The position numbers and the translations under genes are program-made. DNA of 42,604 bases from a virus, in IMG/VR virus record IMGVR_UViG_3300002063_000003, one strand, 5' to 3'. Of this stretch, positions 8,067 through 17,181 are shown in pieces (position 1 is the first letter of the stretch; every line of letters begins with the position of its first letter). The notes below the pieces were generated by a model, which was given only the letters and a program-made list of their open reading frames with translations, was not told the origin of the DNA and ran no database searches.

Positions 8067-9349
8067 TATAATTCCTCTACTAAAATTGAAGTGCCATCTG
8101 CAATAATATTAACACCAGAAGTTGGGGATATTGCTGATAGTTCTAAAGTTTGTCCTGCAGTAACATCTATTACAGTAACTAAAGCTCCTGTACTTTCATC
8201 TGCAGCATTATTTCTATGATAAGTCGCCAGTCTACTTGGGCCTTCGGATACAGGGATAGCAACACCATCTCTTAGCAAAGAAACATTTAATTCTTCTCTA
8301 GCTCCTGTTGAAGTTTCTCCTGTCACTGCAATAGATACTTTTAAAGTACCTGCCCTTGTTATTGTAACAACTCCAGCAGCTACAGAGAAAATGCTAGCAT
8401 TAGAGTTTTTAGTTTCAACTATATTAACAATTGTAGCGGCGTTTAATATGGGGCCCTGATTGGCAGCAATTCCTGCCTGAAAGTACTCCTTGGCTACAGG
8501 AGATGTAGGAACCCAATTGGCTCCATCCCAGGTGAGGTTCTGTCCTATTACTGGAGCAACAGTTGATGTGTCTACGTCAGAATGTGTATCTATAGACCCG
8601 TCCGCTGAAACCTTTGCTGTATTTAATGCAATTGCTGTATCCTGTGCTGTTTGATCAGTCTGGATAGATGCTATATCCGCATTATTACTAGTCACTTGAG
8701 TTTGTATAGCACTGTCGGCGGCAATCCTAGCTGCTTCTTCTGTATCTATATTTGTTTGTAGGGCAGTGTCTGCTGATGTTCTATCTGTAACTTCCTGGGC
8801 GATATCGCCTGCGTTGGTAGAAACGCCAGTAGCATTATTTGATATGGCAGTGTTCTGCGTGGCCTGATCTGTAGCTATGCCTGCAAGCTCTGTGTCATTT
8901 GTATCAATCTGAGACTGTAGTCCAGTCTCAATAGAGTCTACCTCTGCTTGGGTATATTTATCTAGATCAGTGATATCTGCTTCGATGTGTGTATGAACAG
9001 CGCTTGCTGCACCATCTATTTCGTTTTCTAGTTCGTCTATAGCACTTTTAACATCTGTAGCTATGAGTGCAGAAGTAGAATTATCGTAAGGTACTTGTGA
9101 AGCGGTGAATGAAGATAAATAGTCCCAGGTTGTGCCATTACTGATGTATAGGCCTGCCTTCTGTCTATTTATAAAAATAACCCCTGAATTACTTTCAACG
9201 GCATAAATTTGTCCAGAAACGGTAGTTGGGTCAGGTAAGTCAGCAAAGACATTTACTCTACCCTCAAAAAGTGAGCCTCCTACACTATTGGCCCCCTCAA
9301 TCAGAGAGAGCTTTCCTGTAAAAGGGTTAAATCTATACTTAGAATTCAT
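8066..9349 (-). CDS. Tail fibre protein
   Basis: 427 aa with N-terminus MNSKYRFNPFTGKL, the HTHIEADITDLDKYTQAEVD motif and a repetitive Q/T/A/D shaft. It ends in a compact beta-rich C-terminal domain. Confidence 0.75.
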   Translation of the reverse strand: MNSKYRFNPFTGKLSLIEGANSVGGSLFEGRVNVFADLPDPTTVSGQIYAVESNSGVIFINRQKAGLYISNGTTWDYLSSFTASQVPYDNSTSALIATDVKSAIDELENEIDGAASAVHTHIEADITDLDKYTQAEVDSIETGLQSQIDTNDTELAGIATDQATQNTAISNNATGVSTNAGDIAQEVTDRTSADTALQTNIDTEEAARIAADSAIQTQVTSNNADIASIQTDQTAQDTAIALNTAKVSADGSIDTHSDVDTSTVAPVIGQNLTWDGANWVPTSPVAKEYFQAGIAANQGPILNAATIVNIVETKNSNASIFSVAAGVVTITRAGTLKVSIAVTGETSTGAREELNVSLLRDGVAIPVSEGPSRLATYHRNNAADESTGALVTVIDVTAGQTLELSAISPTSGVNIIADGTSILVEEL

Positions 9350-9358
9350 AATTTATCC

Positions 9359-9937
9359 TTATGGTGTACGTTCGACACGAGTAATATTACTATTTGCGTC
9401 GTAAGTGAAACTAATAAGTAAAACTTGAGTTCCTCCTGGTGCTGTTCCTGTAAAATATGTTACAGACTCAATCTCGCCTATTCCATTTCCAGCAGCAACA
9501 TAAGCAATATCGTAGTAATCCCAATCAACATTTACAGTTTCTGCATCCCTGATAGTATCAAGAGTAGCATTACCTACGTCTTGTTTTCCCTCAGTAGCAG
9601 AGCCTACAGAGCTAGCTGCAGCCGTATTTGCTATGATTGTGTCTAATTTAGTATTGGTTGCCTGTGCTTCTGTGATTTGTGCATCCTGCTTAGCTTCCGT
9701 AGAGTCTGAAGTATTTGCACTTTGACTGGCAATTAGCGTGTCGAGCTTAGTATTTGTTGACTGCGCTTCCGCAATTTGGCTTGCTTGGTTTGCCGCTGTA
9801 GTATCAGAAGTGGATCCGCCCCCGGCAGTTCCTCCTACTATATTGACGTCAAGAGCTGTTGAAGTTCCATCGGTTGTGACAGTTAAATCATTATAATTAC
9901 TGCCTCCTTTGACCCTTCCTTTAATTGATGTGCTCAT
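9359..9937 (-). CDS. Virion-associated protein with tandem 33-aa repeats (decoration or fibre-like)
   Basis: 192 aa. QIAEAQSTNTKLDTLIAS...EAKQDA is repeated as QITEAQATNTKLDTIIAN...EGKQDV, followed by a partial third unit. Located directly after the capsid gene terminator. Confidence 0.55.
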   Translation of the reverse strand: MSTSIKGRVKGGSNYNDLTVTTDGTSTALDVNIVGGTAGGGSTSDTTAANQASQIAEAQSTNTKLDTLIASQSANTSDSTEAKQDAQITEAQATNTKLDTIIANTAAASSVGSATEGKQDVGNATLDTIRDAETVNVDWDYYDIAYVAAGNGIGEIESVTYFTGTAPGGTQVLLISFTYDANSNITRVERTP

Positions 9938-9966
9938 TTATTTTCCTTGTTCAAATGTTTAGAAAT

Positions 9967-9996
9967 AAAAAAAGGGAGGGCAGTTTGCGCCTCCCC
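9967..9996 (-). terminator. Rho-independent terminator after the capsid gene
   Basis: On the minus strand: GGGAGG ... CCTCCC stem followed by TTTTTTT (an A-run at 9967-9973 on the plus strand). Confidence 0.75.
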
Positions 9997-10024
9997 TTTT
10001 AGATGGATTAACTATGGTTAGATA

Positions 10025-11404
10025 TTATACTTCACCAAGTTGGTTTGTACGGATACCTGTAATAAGTCCATGGTAGTGTGGGTTAGCAAAGAATGCGCCG
10101 TAAGCAACATATCTAGCTGAAAAGTAGTCAGCACACTCTACAGTTCTAAGGATAGAGCCACTGTCGCTGTCTCTAGAATCCCACATAGGTGCTCCACCTT
10201 TTCTCCACTTAAGAACCATGTGCTCAGAGTTAAGAAGGTAAGCTTCACCTGGCTTTAACCACTCAGAAGAAACAACTTTAACAACTTTACCAGCAACCAT
10301 GATCTCAACACCATCGAAACCGATTGTAGTCTTTCCGCCTCTGCACTTTTTATCTGAACAGTAAGGGATTTGAAGTTGGACAGAACCTTCATAGATCTCT
10401 TCAAGATCACGGAATATCTCTGGAGAGGTTACAACCATGTTAGGAACCTGTCCAGACTTACGCTTAACTTTAAGTAGAGCGTCTCTAAATAGCCTAGAAG
10501 ATACAACTTTATCTGAATCGTTTGCTCTAGTTGAAACATCAATTACAGTTGAACGCATTCTTCTGTTTGAAAAGTCAACACCTTCAAATTGGTTAGCAGT
10601 AGGGTCAGCAACAAGCTCAGCAGCTGTAGCATTACCTAATCTCAAAAATCCAGCTAAACCAGGAAGCTCATCGTCTTTTGATCCAGCAGTGTAGATTCCA
10701 ACGCCAGCGGCAGGTGCAGTCAAAGGAGTACCAGTAGCTACTAATTGAAGAGGAGAGCCAGAGTTTACATCAGCTTCGATTACATCTTGAATAGTAAGGG
10801 CTCTTAAACCTTTACTATCAGCTTGCTCAGAACCATCATCGTCCAAATGAACTTTCATACCTTCTTCATACTTATAAAGAATAGAGTCAGTAGCCAAGTC
10901 TAAAACGAAAGGGTCAACAGAAGTACCCGTACCAGATACAGCAGTGATCTCATCAAGAAGACCAGAACCTTTTCTGTCGTTACACATGATCATTCTTTCA
11001 ATGTTTGCGTTGAAAACGTCAACTACAGGATCAAGAAAACGCTCTGCGAAAGAAGCAATTACGTGCTCAGGATCATTTTTGAAGATAGTCATTGTTTTAC
11101 CATCAACGTTAGTGTAACCGTAAAGGTTTCTACACTTTACTGTGATTCTAGTAGTTTTACCTGCGGTAGAGTCACAGAAAAGGTAACCAGCTGATACGCT
11201 AGCTGCTTGTGACAAGCTAAGTGTGTGCTCCATGTCAGTACCTTTAAAGATACCTTTTTTAACTAATGCCATAACCATAGACTGTCTATAGAATTGTTTT
11301 CTATATTTCATGTCTCTATAGTTATATACTAATTGAGCTTCTGTTAATTTATCGCCTACTTTTGGTTCTAGTGCGAAGTTACGTGCGTTATTTCCTTGTG
11401 CCAT
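10025..11404 (-). CDS. Major capsid protein
   Basis: 459-aa ORF directly after the scaffold-like gene and followed by a strong terminator. The order portal-scaffold-capsid is canonical. No motif-level proof. Confidence 0.8.
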   Translation of the reverse strand: MAQGNNARNFALEPKVGDKLTEAQLVYNYRDMKYRKQFYRQSMVMALVKKGIFKGTDMEHTLSLSQAASVSAGYLFCDSTAGKTTRITVKCRNLYGYTNVDGKTMTIFKNDPEHVIASFAERFLDPVVDVFNANIERMIMCNDRKGSGLLDEITAVSGTGTSVDPFVLDLATDSILYKYEEGMKVHLDDDGSEQADSKGLRALTIQDVIEADVNSGSPLQLVATGTPLTAPAAGVGIYTAGSKDDELPGLAGFLRLGNATAAELVADPTANQFEGVDFSNRRMRSTVIDVSTRANDSDKVVSSRLFRDALLKVKRKSGQVPNMVVTSPEIFRDLEEIYEGSVQLQIPYCSDKKCRGGKTTIGFDGVEIMVAGKVVKVVSSEWLKPGEAYLLNSEHMVLKWRKGGAPMWDSRDSDSGSILRTVECADYFSARYVAYGAFFANPHYHGLITGIRTNQLGEV

Positions 11405-11421
11405 TTAATTTCTCCTGGTCT

Positions 11422-12609
11422 TTAATCAAAAGGGTTATCTTCATCGTAGATTCCAGCAATCTCTCTTCTTTCCATCTCCTCTTGAACCTCAAACCGCTCT
11501 TGTGCAGATAGGTGTGACTGATCATTTGGTTTATGAGCGACACTATTTGATTCCTCTCCTAGTAACTCTCTTTTAGTATGGATAGCTAAAGCTTGCTTAA
11601 CTACTTGGTCAATATTCTCTTTTGACTCATTTGGGTTAAGTTCTATATATTGTTTTAGTTTTGATTTAAATTCATCGTTTACGATATTTGCATATGGCTC
11701 GACTACTGAAGTTAGCATTTGATCAGATGTTACTTGTGGTACTGAGTTACTCTCCGCTATATACTTTTCTACATCCTCAACAAATATTTCTTGCCCTGGG
11801 GGTAGTTTCCTATCTAGCTCAAAGAGTGCTTTGTCCCACTGCTCTTCAGATACACCTAATCTTGATTTTGCAGCGCTTACTTTTTCCTGGACTGCATTCT
11901 GAGCAGCTGCTTTAGCTGATTCTTCCTGCTTTTTCTTCTCTGCTTCTACAGTAGCATCTAATTGCTGTTTGTAGTGTTCCGCCATTTGTTGCGCTTTATA
12001 GGCTTCAAGCTGAGATGGATCCATTTCCTGTCTACGAACGAGCTCAGGGGTGGCTGCTTTTATTAAAATGTCTTTTAAGGCGTACACTGGCTGACCTGTG
12101 AAATCTGCAAGGGCTCCTAATGGATCAGTTTTAAGTAGTTCAGCAAAATCTTGCTTTACTTTCTGGTCCTGTTCTAATCGACTATACAGGCTTTTCTTCT
12201 CATTGTCAAGCTCTCTAAATTTTTTATCAAATCCAAGCCCTCCTGTAATGGCATTATAAGCCTCCTGACCAGAAACTTCTCTCATTTCCCCATCAACTTT
12301 AATTTTTATTTTATCAATTTGCTTAAAAGAGTCCTCGTCGAAGACGCCTCCTGTTGAGCTGTTTCCCTCTTCTGTTTTAACTTCTCCAGCATCTTCTGCT
12401 GCTTTTCTAGGAACTTCTGGCGTCTCCTCTTTCTGTACTTCAATGCTTTCCTGGGCGTTTGCCTCAACAGCTACCTCCTGTGTTTCAATTTTTTCTGATT
12501 CTTCTTGGTTACTGATACTATCAGCCCAATCTGCAGCATCTCCAATTATACCACCCCAGCTGTCGTCCATTTCTTCTACTTGATTGTTATTTTCTTGATT
12601 GTTGTCCAT
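11422..12609 (-). CDS. Scaffolding protein
   Basis: 395 aa, very acidic, E/K/Q-rich with a predicted helical character. Located between the portal and capsid genes. Confidence 0.7.
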   Translation of the reverse strand: MDNNQENNNQVEEMDDSWGGIIGDAADWADSISNQEESEKIETQEVAVEANAQESIEVQKEETPEVPRKAAEDAGEVKTEEGNSSTGGVFDEDSFKQIDKIKIKVDGEMREVSGQEAYNAITGGLGFDKKFRELDNEKKSLYSRLEQDQKVKQDFAELLKTDPLGALADFTGQPVYALKDILIKAATPELVRRQEMDPSQLEAYKAQQMAEHYKQQLDATVEAEKKKQEESAKAAAQNAVQEKVSAAKSRLGVSEEQWDKALFELDRKLPPGQEIFVEDVEKYIAESNSVPQVTSDQMLTSVVEPYANIVNDEFKSKLKQYIELNPNESKENIDQVVKQALAIHTKRELLGEESNSVAHKPNDQSHLSAQERFEVQEEMERREIAGIYDEDNPFD

Positions 12610-12610
12610 A

Positions 12611-14632
12611 TTATTCCTCTACATCTCCGATTTTTTCTGTTACCTGTTCGCCTCTATTTGCTTGTCCGTTAACAATTGCTTGCTGCTGCTGTTGAGATTT
12701 GACAATATCTGCCGAAATACTCATAGCTGCATCTGTTACTGGGAAATTCTTTAGCCTACTTAACTCCGCTGCATAACTAGCTGAAAACTCTGCCTTTTTT
12801 AAAGCTAGAAGCTCGTGAGCCTGAATATGAGTCATAACCGCCTTATAAATTTCGTTACTTGCATACTCTTTGAAATCTCTCGTCTGAATAAAAGCATAAT
12901 GTACTCTTAGGTGAGTTATATGATCTTCATGCGACTCTGGTGGGTTTACAGTCTCAGTATTGATAAAATCTTCATTCTCACTTTCTGCTGAATCGATTGC
13001 TGCCCCTGTGATATCTAAAAGTTTATCCATATCACCAAGTTCAAGTAGCTGTAATATACGCTCAGCGGGCACCTGGCCTTGAATCATTGGCAATATCTCT
13101 ACAAGCCTAGCTCTTTTAGCGGCTGTAGACTCAGGGAAGCCATCTGTGCCCTCTAACTTAACATCATATGGGGTAGATAGTTGGGAGGCATTAAAATGCT
13201 TTAGAAGGCTCTTCTTGTTCGTTCCTACAATCCTAGCTAATCTGTTCTGGTCGTTTTTATAGAAATCCCCAGCAATGGCTAGTGTTAATTGAGCAATGTC
13301 TCTTACTGCATCAGAGTAGGCCCTAATCCTTGATGAAGCCGCCTCAAACTCTAAGTTATCTAAAAACTGTAAACTAGTTGTTGAACGTGCTTCAATATTA
13401 CGCCCAGCGCTTCCTTGCGAGATAGGGTGTAAACCTAATATAGTTGTCATGTGATTCTTAATAGTATTTTTAAGGCCGAGTAAATCACTTGATATTCTAG
13501 GTACTTGAGCCAGTGATGGGGCTACGCCACCAGCAAACTCAACTATGGCGTCATTATTACCCAGAGCTTCTGGACGTCTAATAGCACCCTGTGGTACAAA
13601 GTATTTGGTTCTTGCTGTGTTAGTAACATACTTAACTTCGAGTCTAGTAAATAGGTTATATATACGTTGGAGATGTGAAACTAATTGTATTCTGCTCCTG
13701 CCATGTAGAACTCCAGGTAAAGATAAATCCTTTAGTGGAACAATGTTCAATTTCTCTGTAGTAAATGGGTAAGCCACATCATCCAAGATCATAGAATCTG
13801 TCATAACGATTTTGGCTCCCATGGGGCAGTATTTTGTCCTTTTGTGCCAGAATGTGTATACAGGTATGTGGTCTTCTTGCATCTCTTTACACATATCTTC
13901 TGGGTTAATGACCGCTACACTTGAGATAGTATTTCCATACTCATCATATTCTTTATAAGGGCTCTCCTTTAGGATTTCCTCTCTAGTTAGTTCGTAGTCT
14001 TCTGCTATTTCTTCTACAGACCTTATTTCATAGCTGAAATAATAATCTACGTCTTCAAATTCTTTTTTAGGTTGTAGTAAGACTCTCCATAAAGGAAGTA
14101 CCCTGTGAGCTACATCTCCTACACGTTTTCTAATCCGGCCCTGGTCCCTTTTCCCTTCCAGCTTTTCTAGGGTCTGCTCCTTTGGATGTATTTCTCCGAG
14201 AGTTTCGTCCCAGTTAACTTGCATATAAGACTCACCCATTATATATGATTGCCTTACATAGTCTAGGACTTTGGATTGAAAGTTTTGCTTATCATAGACG
14301 TCATCGATAACTGCCTTGGCTACTTTGGCCGCGCCTTTATCTCCATACTCATTATTTTTAGGTAAAACACGTACCTTTGGGGCTAATTTAGATACTTGAG
14401 ATACATTGTTTTCAATAATATCATATAATACGGGAACGCCTGTCTTGAGGTTACTCTTGTCTAGGGTATCCTTTCCTAGGTATAAAGAAAGGTTATGGTC
14501 TGCGATGTGTACTCTATTTTTAGATTCTTCCATTAGTGCATCTTTAGTGTGCACTAACCATTTTATTTTTTCTTCTTTTTCTTCATCTTTTACTCTAAAG
14601 AAGGGTAATTTTGATTTATCCTTATCGTTCAT
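12611..14632 (-). CDS. Portal protein
   Basis: 673-aa ORF downstream of terminase and immediately upstream of scaffold and capsid. Size and position are typical of a portal. Confidence 0.8.
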   Translation of the reverse strand: MNDKDKSKLPFFRVKDEEKEEKIKWLVHTKDALMEESKNRVHIADHNLSLYLGKDTLDKSNLKTGVPVLYDIIENNVSQVSKLAPKVRVLPKNNEYGDKGAAKVAKAVIDDVYDKQNFQSKVLDYVRQSYIMGESYMQVNWDETLGEIHPKEQTLEKLEGKRDQGRIRKRVGDVAHRVLPLWRVLLQPKKEFEDVDYYFSYEIRSVEEIAEDYELTREEILKESPYKEYDEYGNTISSVAVINPEDMCKEMQEDHIPVYTFWHKRTKYCPMGAKIVMTDSMILDDVAYPFTTEKLNIVPLKDLSLPGVLHGRSRIQLVSHLQRIYNLFTRLEVKYVTNTARTKYFVPQGAIRRPEALGNNDAIVEFAGGVAPSLAQVPRISSDLLGLKNTIKNHMTTILGLHPISQGSAGRNIEARSTTSLQFLDNLEFEAASSRIRAYSDAVRDIAQLTLAIAGDFYKNDQNRLARIVGTNKKSLLKHFNASQLSTPYDVKLEGTDGFPESTAAKRARLVEILPMIQGQVPAERILQLLELGDMDKLLDITGAAIDSAESENEDFINTETVNPPESHEDHITHLRVHYAFIQTRDFKEYASNEIYKAVMTHIQAHELLALKKAEFSASYAAELSRLKNFPVTDAAMSISADIVKSQQQQQAIVNGQANRGEQVTEKIGDVEE

Positions 14633-14961
14633 TATAATCCTCTATCCTCTAAATTAGACATATACTCTTGGTTAAAAGCTTCTGCAACCTTCTTATTGAT
14701 CTCCTCTAAACCCTCTTCCAATTCTTTTTGCATTTCGTTAGGTGGGGTTAGTGCCATAGACTCTTGAATCTTTTTAAGTTTGACTAATTCTGAGGTCAAT
14801 TCCTCATTAACCATAACTAAAGCATCTGTAAGCTTATCTAAGGTGCTCTGATTACTCAGAACAGCTCCTGTGAGGCTTTTTGCCTGTTTAGTAAGCATAT
14901 AACCTCTGTAACCTAAAAACGCTACCACGAGGCTTAGAACGGCTATTAGACTTAACTCCAT
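14632..14961 (-). CDS. Small N-terminally membrane-anchored coiled-coil protein
   Basis: Start refined to ATG 14961-14959 (MELSLIAVLSLVV...) with AAGGAG upstream. The 22-codon extension in the track overlaps the promoter. Confidence 0.55.
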   Translation of the reverse strand: MELSLIAVLSLVVAFLGYRGYMLTKQAKSLTGAVLSNQSTLDKLTDALVMVNEELTSELVKLKKIQESMALTPPNEMQKELEEGLEEINKKVAEAFNQEYMSNLEDRGL

Positions 14962-14985
14962 ATTATCTCCTTGTTGTTTTTTATA

Positions 14986-15015
14986 AATATAACATATCTC
15001 ATTATGAAATGTCAA
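14986..15015 (-). promoter_or_regulatory. Sigma70-like promoter for the portal/capsid block
   Basis: On the minus strand: TTGACA (15015-15010), an 18-nt spacer, then TATATT (14991-14986). An AAGGAG SD and ATG 14961 follow. Confidence 0.5.
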
Positions 15016-15125
15016 CTTTATGTACAATATATACTTATGTGGGGTATTAAAAAATATTTAGGCAATCCGCTTGACATGACTACCCAAAATATGAGTATAA
15101 TGGTTACATATTCTTTTTTATTTTT

Positions 15126-15143
15126 ATATTAGTATACTAATAT
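15126..15143. repeat. Perfect 18-bp palindrome ATATTAGTATACTAATAT
   Basis: Self-complementary as read, flanked by T-runs, in the 180-nt intergenic region between RusA and the portal block. Confidence 0.9.
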
Positions 15144-15207
15144 TTTTATTTTTTCTTAAGTTTAAAAAGATATATAGGGAGTTTAGTTAAACTATATATA
15201 GGGCAAA

Positions 15208-15693
15208 TCACTTATAACAAATTAACTTAATATGAATATCTAAACAATCCTTATCATGAGGTATTTTTCTAGAAATTAACTCCCAAATATACTGATCATC
15301 TATTTCTAAAGTTTGAACATTAACTCCAGTTTTCAAAGCCCTTCCTGAATACTTAGTATTAAATATACTATCTATGAGAAGTTTTAATGAGTTATCTACA
15401 TCCCCTGCTCTCCTAGAGAGACCTCCATCCTTAGCTCTAAATATTTTACTCCTAGGCCACATATAGGTTAACTCTAAACTAATAGCCTGCATTTCTGGAT
15501 CTAGTCTATCAAAGTTCTTTTTAAAGATTTTCATTCTTAAAGCATAATCTGTTAGCTTCTCCCAATAGTCATCCCTTATCCTTCTGGCCTTAGTAGTGTA
15601 CTGACCCCTACCGTATGTAAGTTGGTTAGTAGAACAAACCTCTACATCCTCTAAAGTCATTTCTAACTCAAAGTAACTCTCTTTATCTGTCAT
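15208..15693 (-). CDS. rusA: RusA-type Holliday junction resolvase
   Basis: 161 aa containing AGDVDNSLKLLIDSIF, which matches the RusA D-x-D-N-x2-K-x3-D signature. Confidence 0.65.
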   Translation of the reverse strand: MTDKESYFELEMTLEDVEVCSTNQLTYGRGQYTTKARRIRDDYWEKLTDYALRMKIFKKNFDRLDPEMQAISLELTYMWPRSKIFRAKDGGLSRRAGDVDNSLKLLIDSIFNTKYSGRALKTGVNVQTLEIDDQYIWELISRKIPHDKDCLDIHIKLICYK

Positions 15694-17181
15694 TTATACA
15701 TCCCAATCTATATCTATGTTAAAGTCTATGCTATCTAGCCCATCAGAATCGAATAAAGACGCTATAGAGACGTTTTTATACCCATCTGGTGTCTTAGGTG
15801 CCGGTTTGTGAGAAAGGAGCTCTACGGTGTAATTACAGGCCTGAAAGAAGTATCTCAAAGAATCGATATTATGATCATCACCCTTCCTAATCTTTCCATA
15901 GTCATCTTTTGCGTATCCAAGCATCTCACTTATTAAATTCTCACACCTACTAGAAATACGCATCAACTTCTTATCTAGTACATGATTTATAAGAGACAGC
16001 CCATCATCCTTCTTGGCATTATTCTTGTCTGTCGGTGTATATACAACATCAAATTGGTCCTGTATTTCCTTAGCCGCCCAAACACCTGCCTCATCATACC
16101 TTAAGAACCAATCTTTTTCCCAGTATTTACCAGGCTGCAGATTTAGGGCAATCTGCTTAATCTTTTTTCCTACCCTAGTTATTGTGGTATCTGGACCAGA
16201 CTCATATAGCTCATCCATTACGTCTACCATTCCAGTGTATGGGTTATATGCAATAAACAGTCCACCAAATACACTAGTAGTACCTGGATCAATTACTTGA
16301 TACCACTCCAAGTCATTTGCTACCTTAGTATGCTGTCTACGTAATATATCGTGATCAATCACAAAAGACTTTTCGTTGAAAAGCGGGAATACACTTCTAC
16401 TTCCACCAGCAATAATCTTATTATAGTACTCACGCTGAATTACATCTTCCCTTCCCTGCTTCCTGAGAGCCTCTATATCGTCCATAATCCTTTTATGGAT
16501 CCTTGGTCTATGATTAAGCGGATTGCAGAACGTAGTGGCCTCTATGCACTTCTGAGAGGGGTTTTCTTTTGCTATCTTAAGCATCGCGTTGTATTCACGC
16601 TTATTTCTAGCTAAATGGTCGGCCTTCGTTCCGATTACAACTAGTTTTGCACCCTTAGCTGCAACGTTCATTGACATCGTTCTATGGAATTCTGGGTGGA
16701 ATGCTTTAAACTCATCATATATGATTAAGTCAGGACTTAGTCCGTTTGCATTCTCATACCTTTCGCTACCCATTACCTGGATGTAAGATCCATTCTTTAA
16801 ACGAATAACTAGATCCCTATTGTTTGGCATACCTTGTATAAAGTGCTTTGCAATATCCTCGCCAAGAAACTTTTGCACCCTCCTATTCTTCCAAATGATG
16901 TTCTCACCATCTGCTCTAGTTGGTGCTACGTATAAAATATGGCTCCCTGGGTGTAAGACAGCCTGTTCCCAAGCTATGTGCAAGACTCCATGGGTCTTAC
17001 CACACTTACGTCCCCAAGGAGCGAATATGGTTGTTATATCAGGGTTCTTAAATGCGGTTATCAACTCCACTTGGGGTGGATTGAGTCCGTGCATAATACC
17101 CTCAACATCTTCATGTTCAGGGCGCTCTCTATACAGAGCTTTATTAAGAATAAGGTAGTCTTTCTTACTTATTTTTGCCAT
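15694..17181 (-). CDS. terL: Terminase large subunit
   Basis: 495 aa. Walker A-like GRKCGKT, Walker B LIIYDEF, nuclease-domain motifs VIDPGTT and DDHNIDSLRY. Confidence 0.92.
   Translation of the reverse strand: MAKISKKDYLILNKALYRERPEHEDVEGIMHGLNPPQVELITAFKNPDITTIFAPWGRKCGKTHGVLHIAWEQAVLHPGSHILYVAPTRADGENIIWKNRRVQKFLGEDIAKHFIQGMPNNRDLVIRLKNGSYIQVMGSERYENANGLSPDLIIYDEFKAFHPEFHRTMSMNVAAKGAKLVVIGTKADHLARNKREYNAMLKIAKENPSQKCIEATTFCNPLNHRPRIHKRIMDDIEALRKQGREDVIQREYYNKIIAGGSRSVFPLFNEKSFVIDHDILRRQHTKVANDLEWYQVIDPGTTSVFGGLFIAYNPYTGMVDVMDELYESGPDTTITRVGKKIKQIALNLQPGKYWEKDWFLRYDEAGVWAAKEIQDQFDVVYTPTDKNNAKKDDGLSLINHVLDKKLMRISSRCENLISEMLGYAKDDYGKIRKGDDHNIDSLRYFFQACNYTVELLSHKPAPKTPDGYKNVSIASLFDSDGLDSIDFNIDIDWDV

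Noticed and set aside
7555-9000. Repeated fibre segments as template/variable repeats of a diversity-generating retroelement
   Set aside because: There is no reverse transcriptase or Avd-like gene in the genome. The differences between copies are not restricted to adenine positions. Ordinary paralogy explains the repeats.
14962-15027. N-terminal 22-codon extension of track ORF 14632..15027 (MYIKLTFHNEICYIYKKQQGDN)
   Set aside because: The extension covers the TTGACA/TATATT promoter and the AAGGAG SD that precede the internal ATG 14961.
15126-15143. 18-bp palindrome as an intrinsic terminator
   Set aside because: The stem is almost entirely A-T. On the transcribed (minus) strand it is followed by an A-run, not a U-run. 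A protein-binding site is more plausible.
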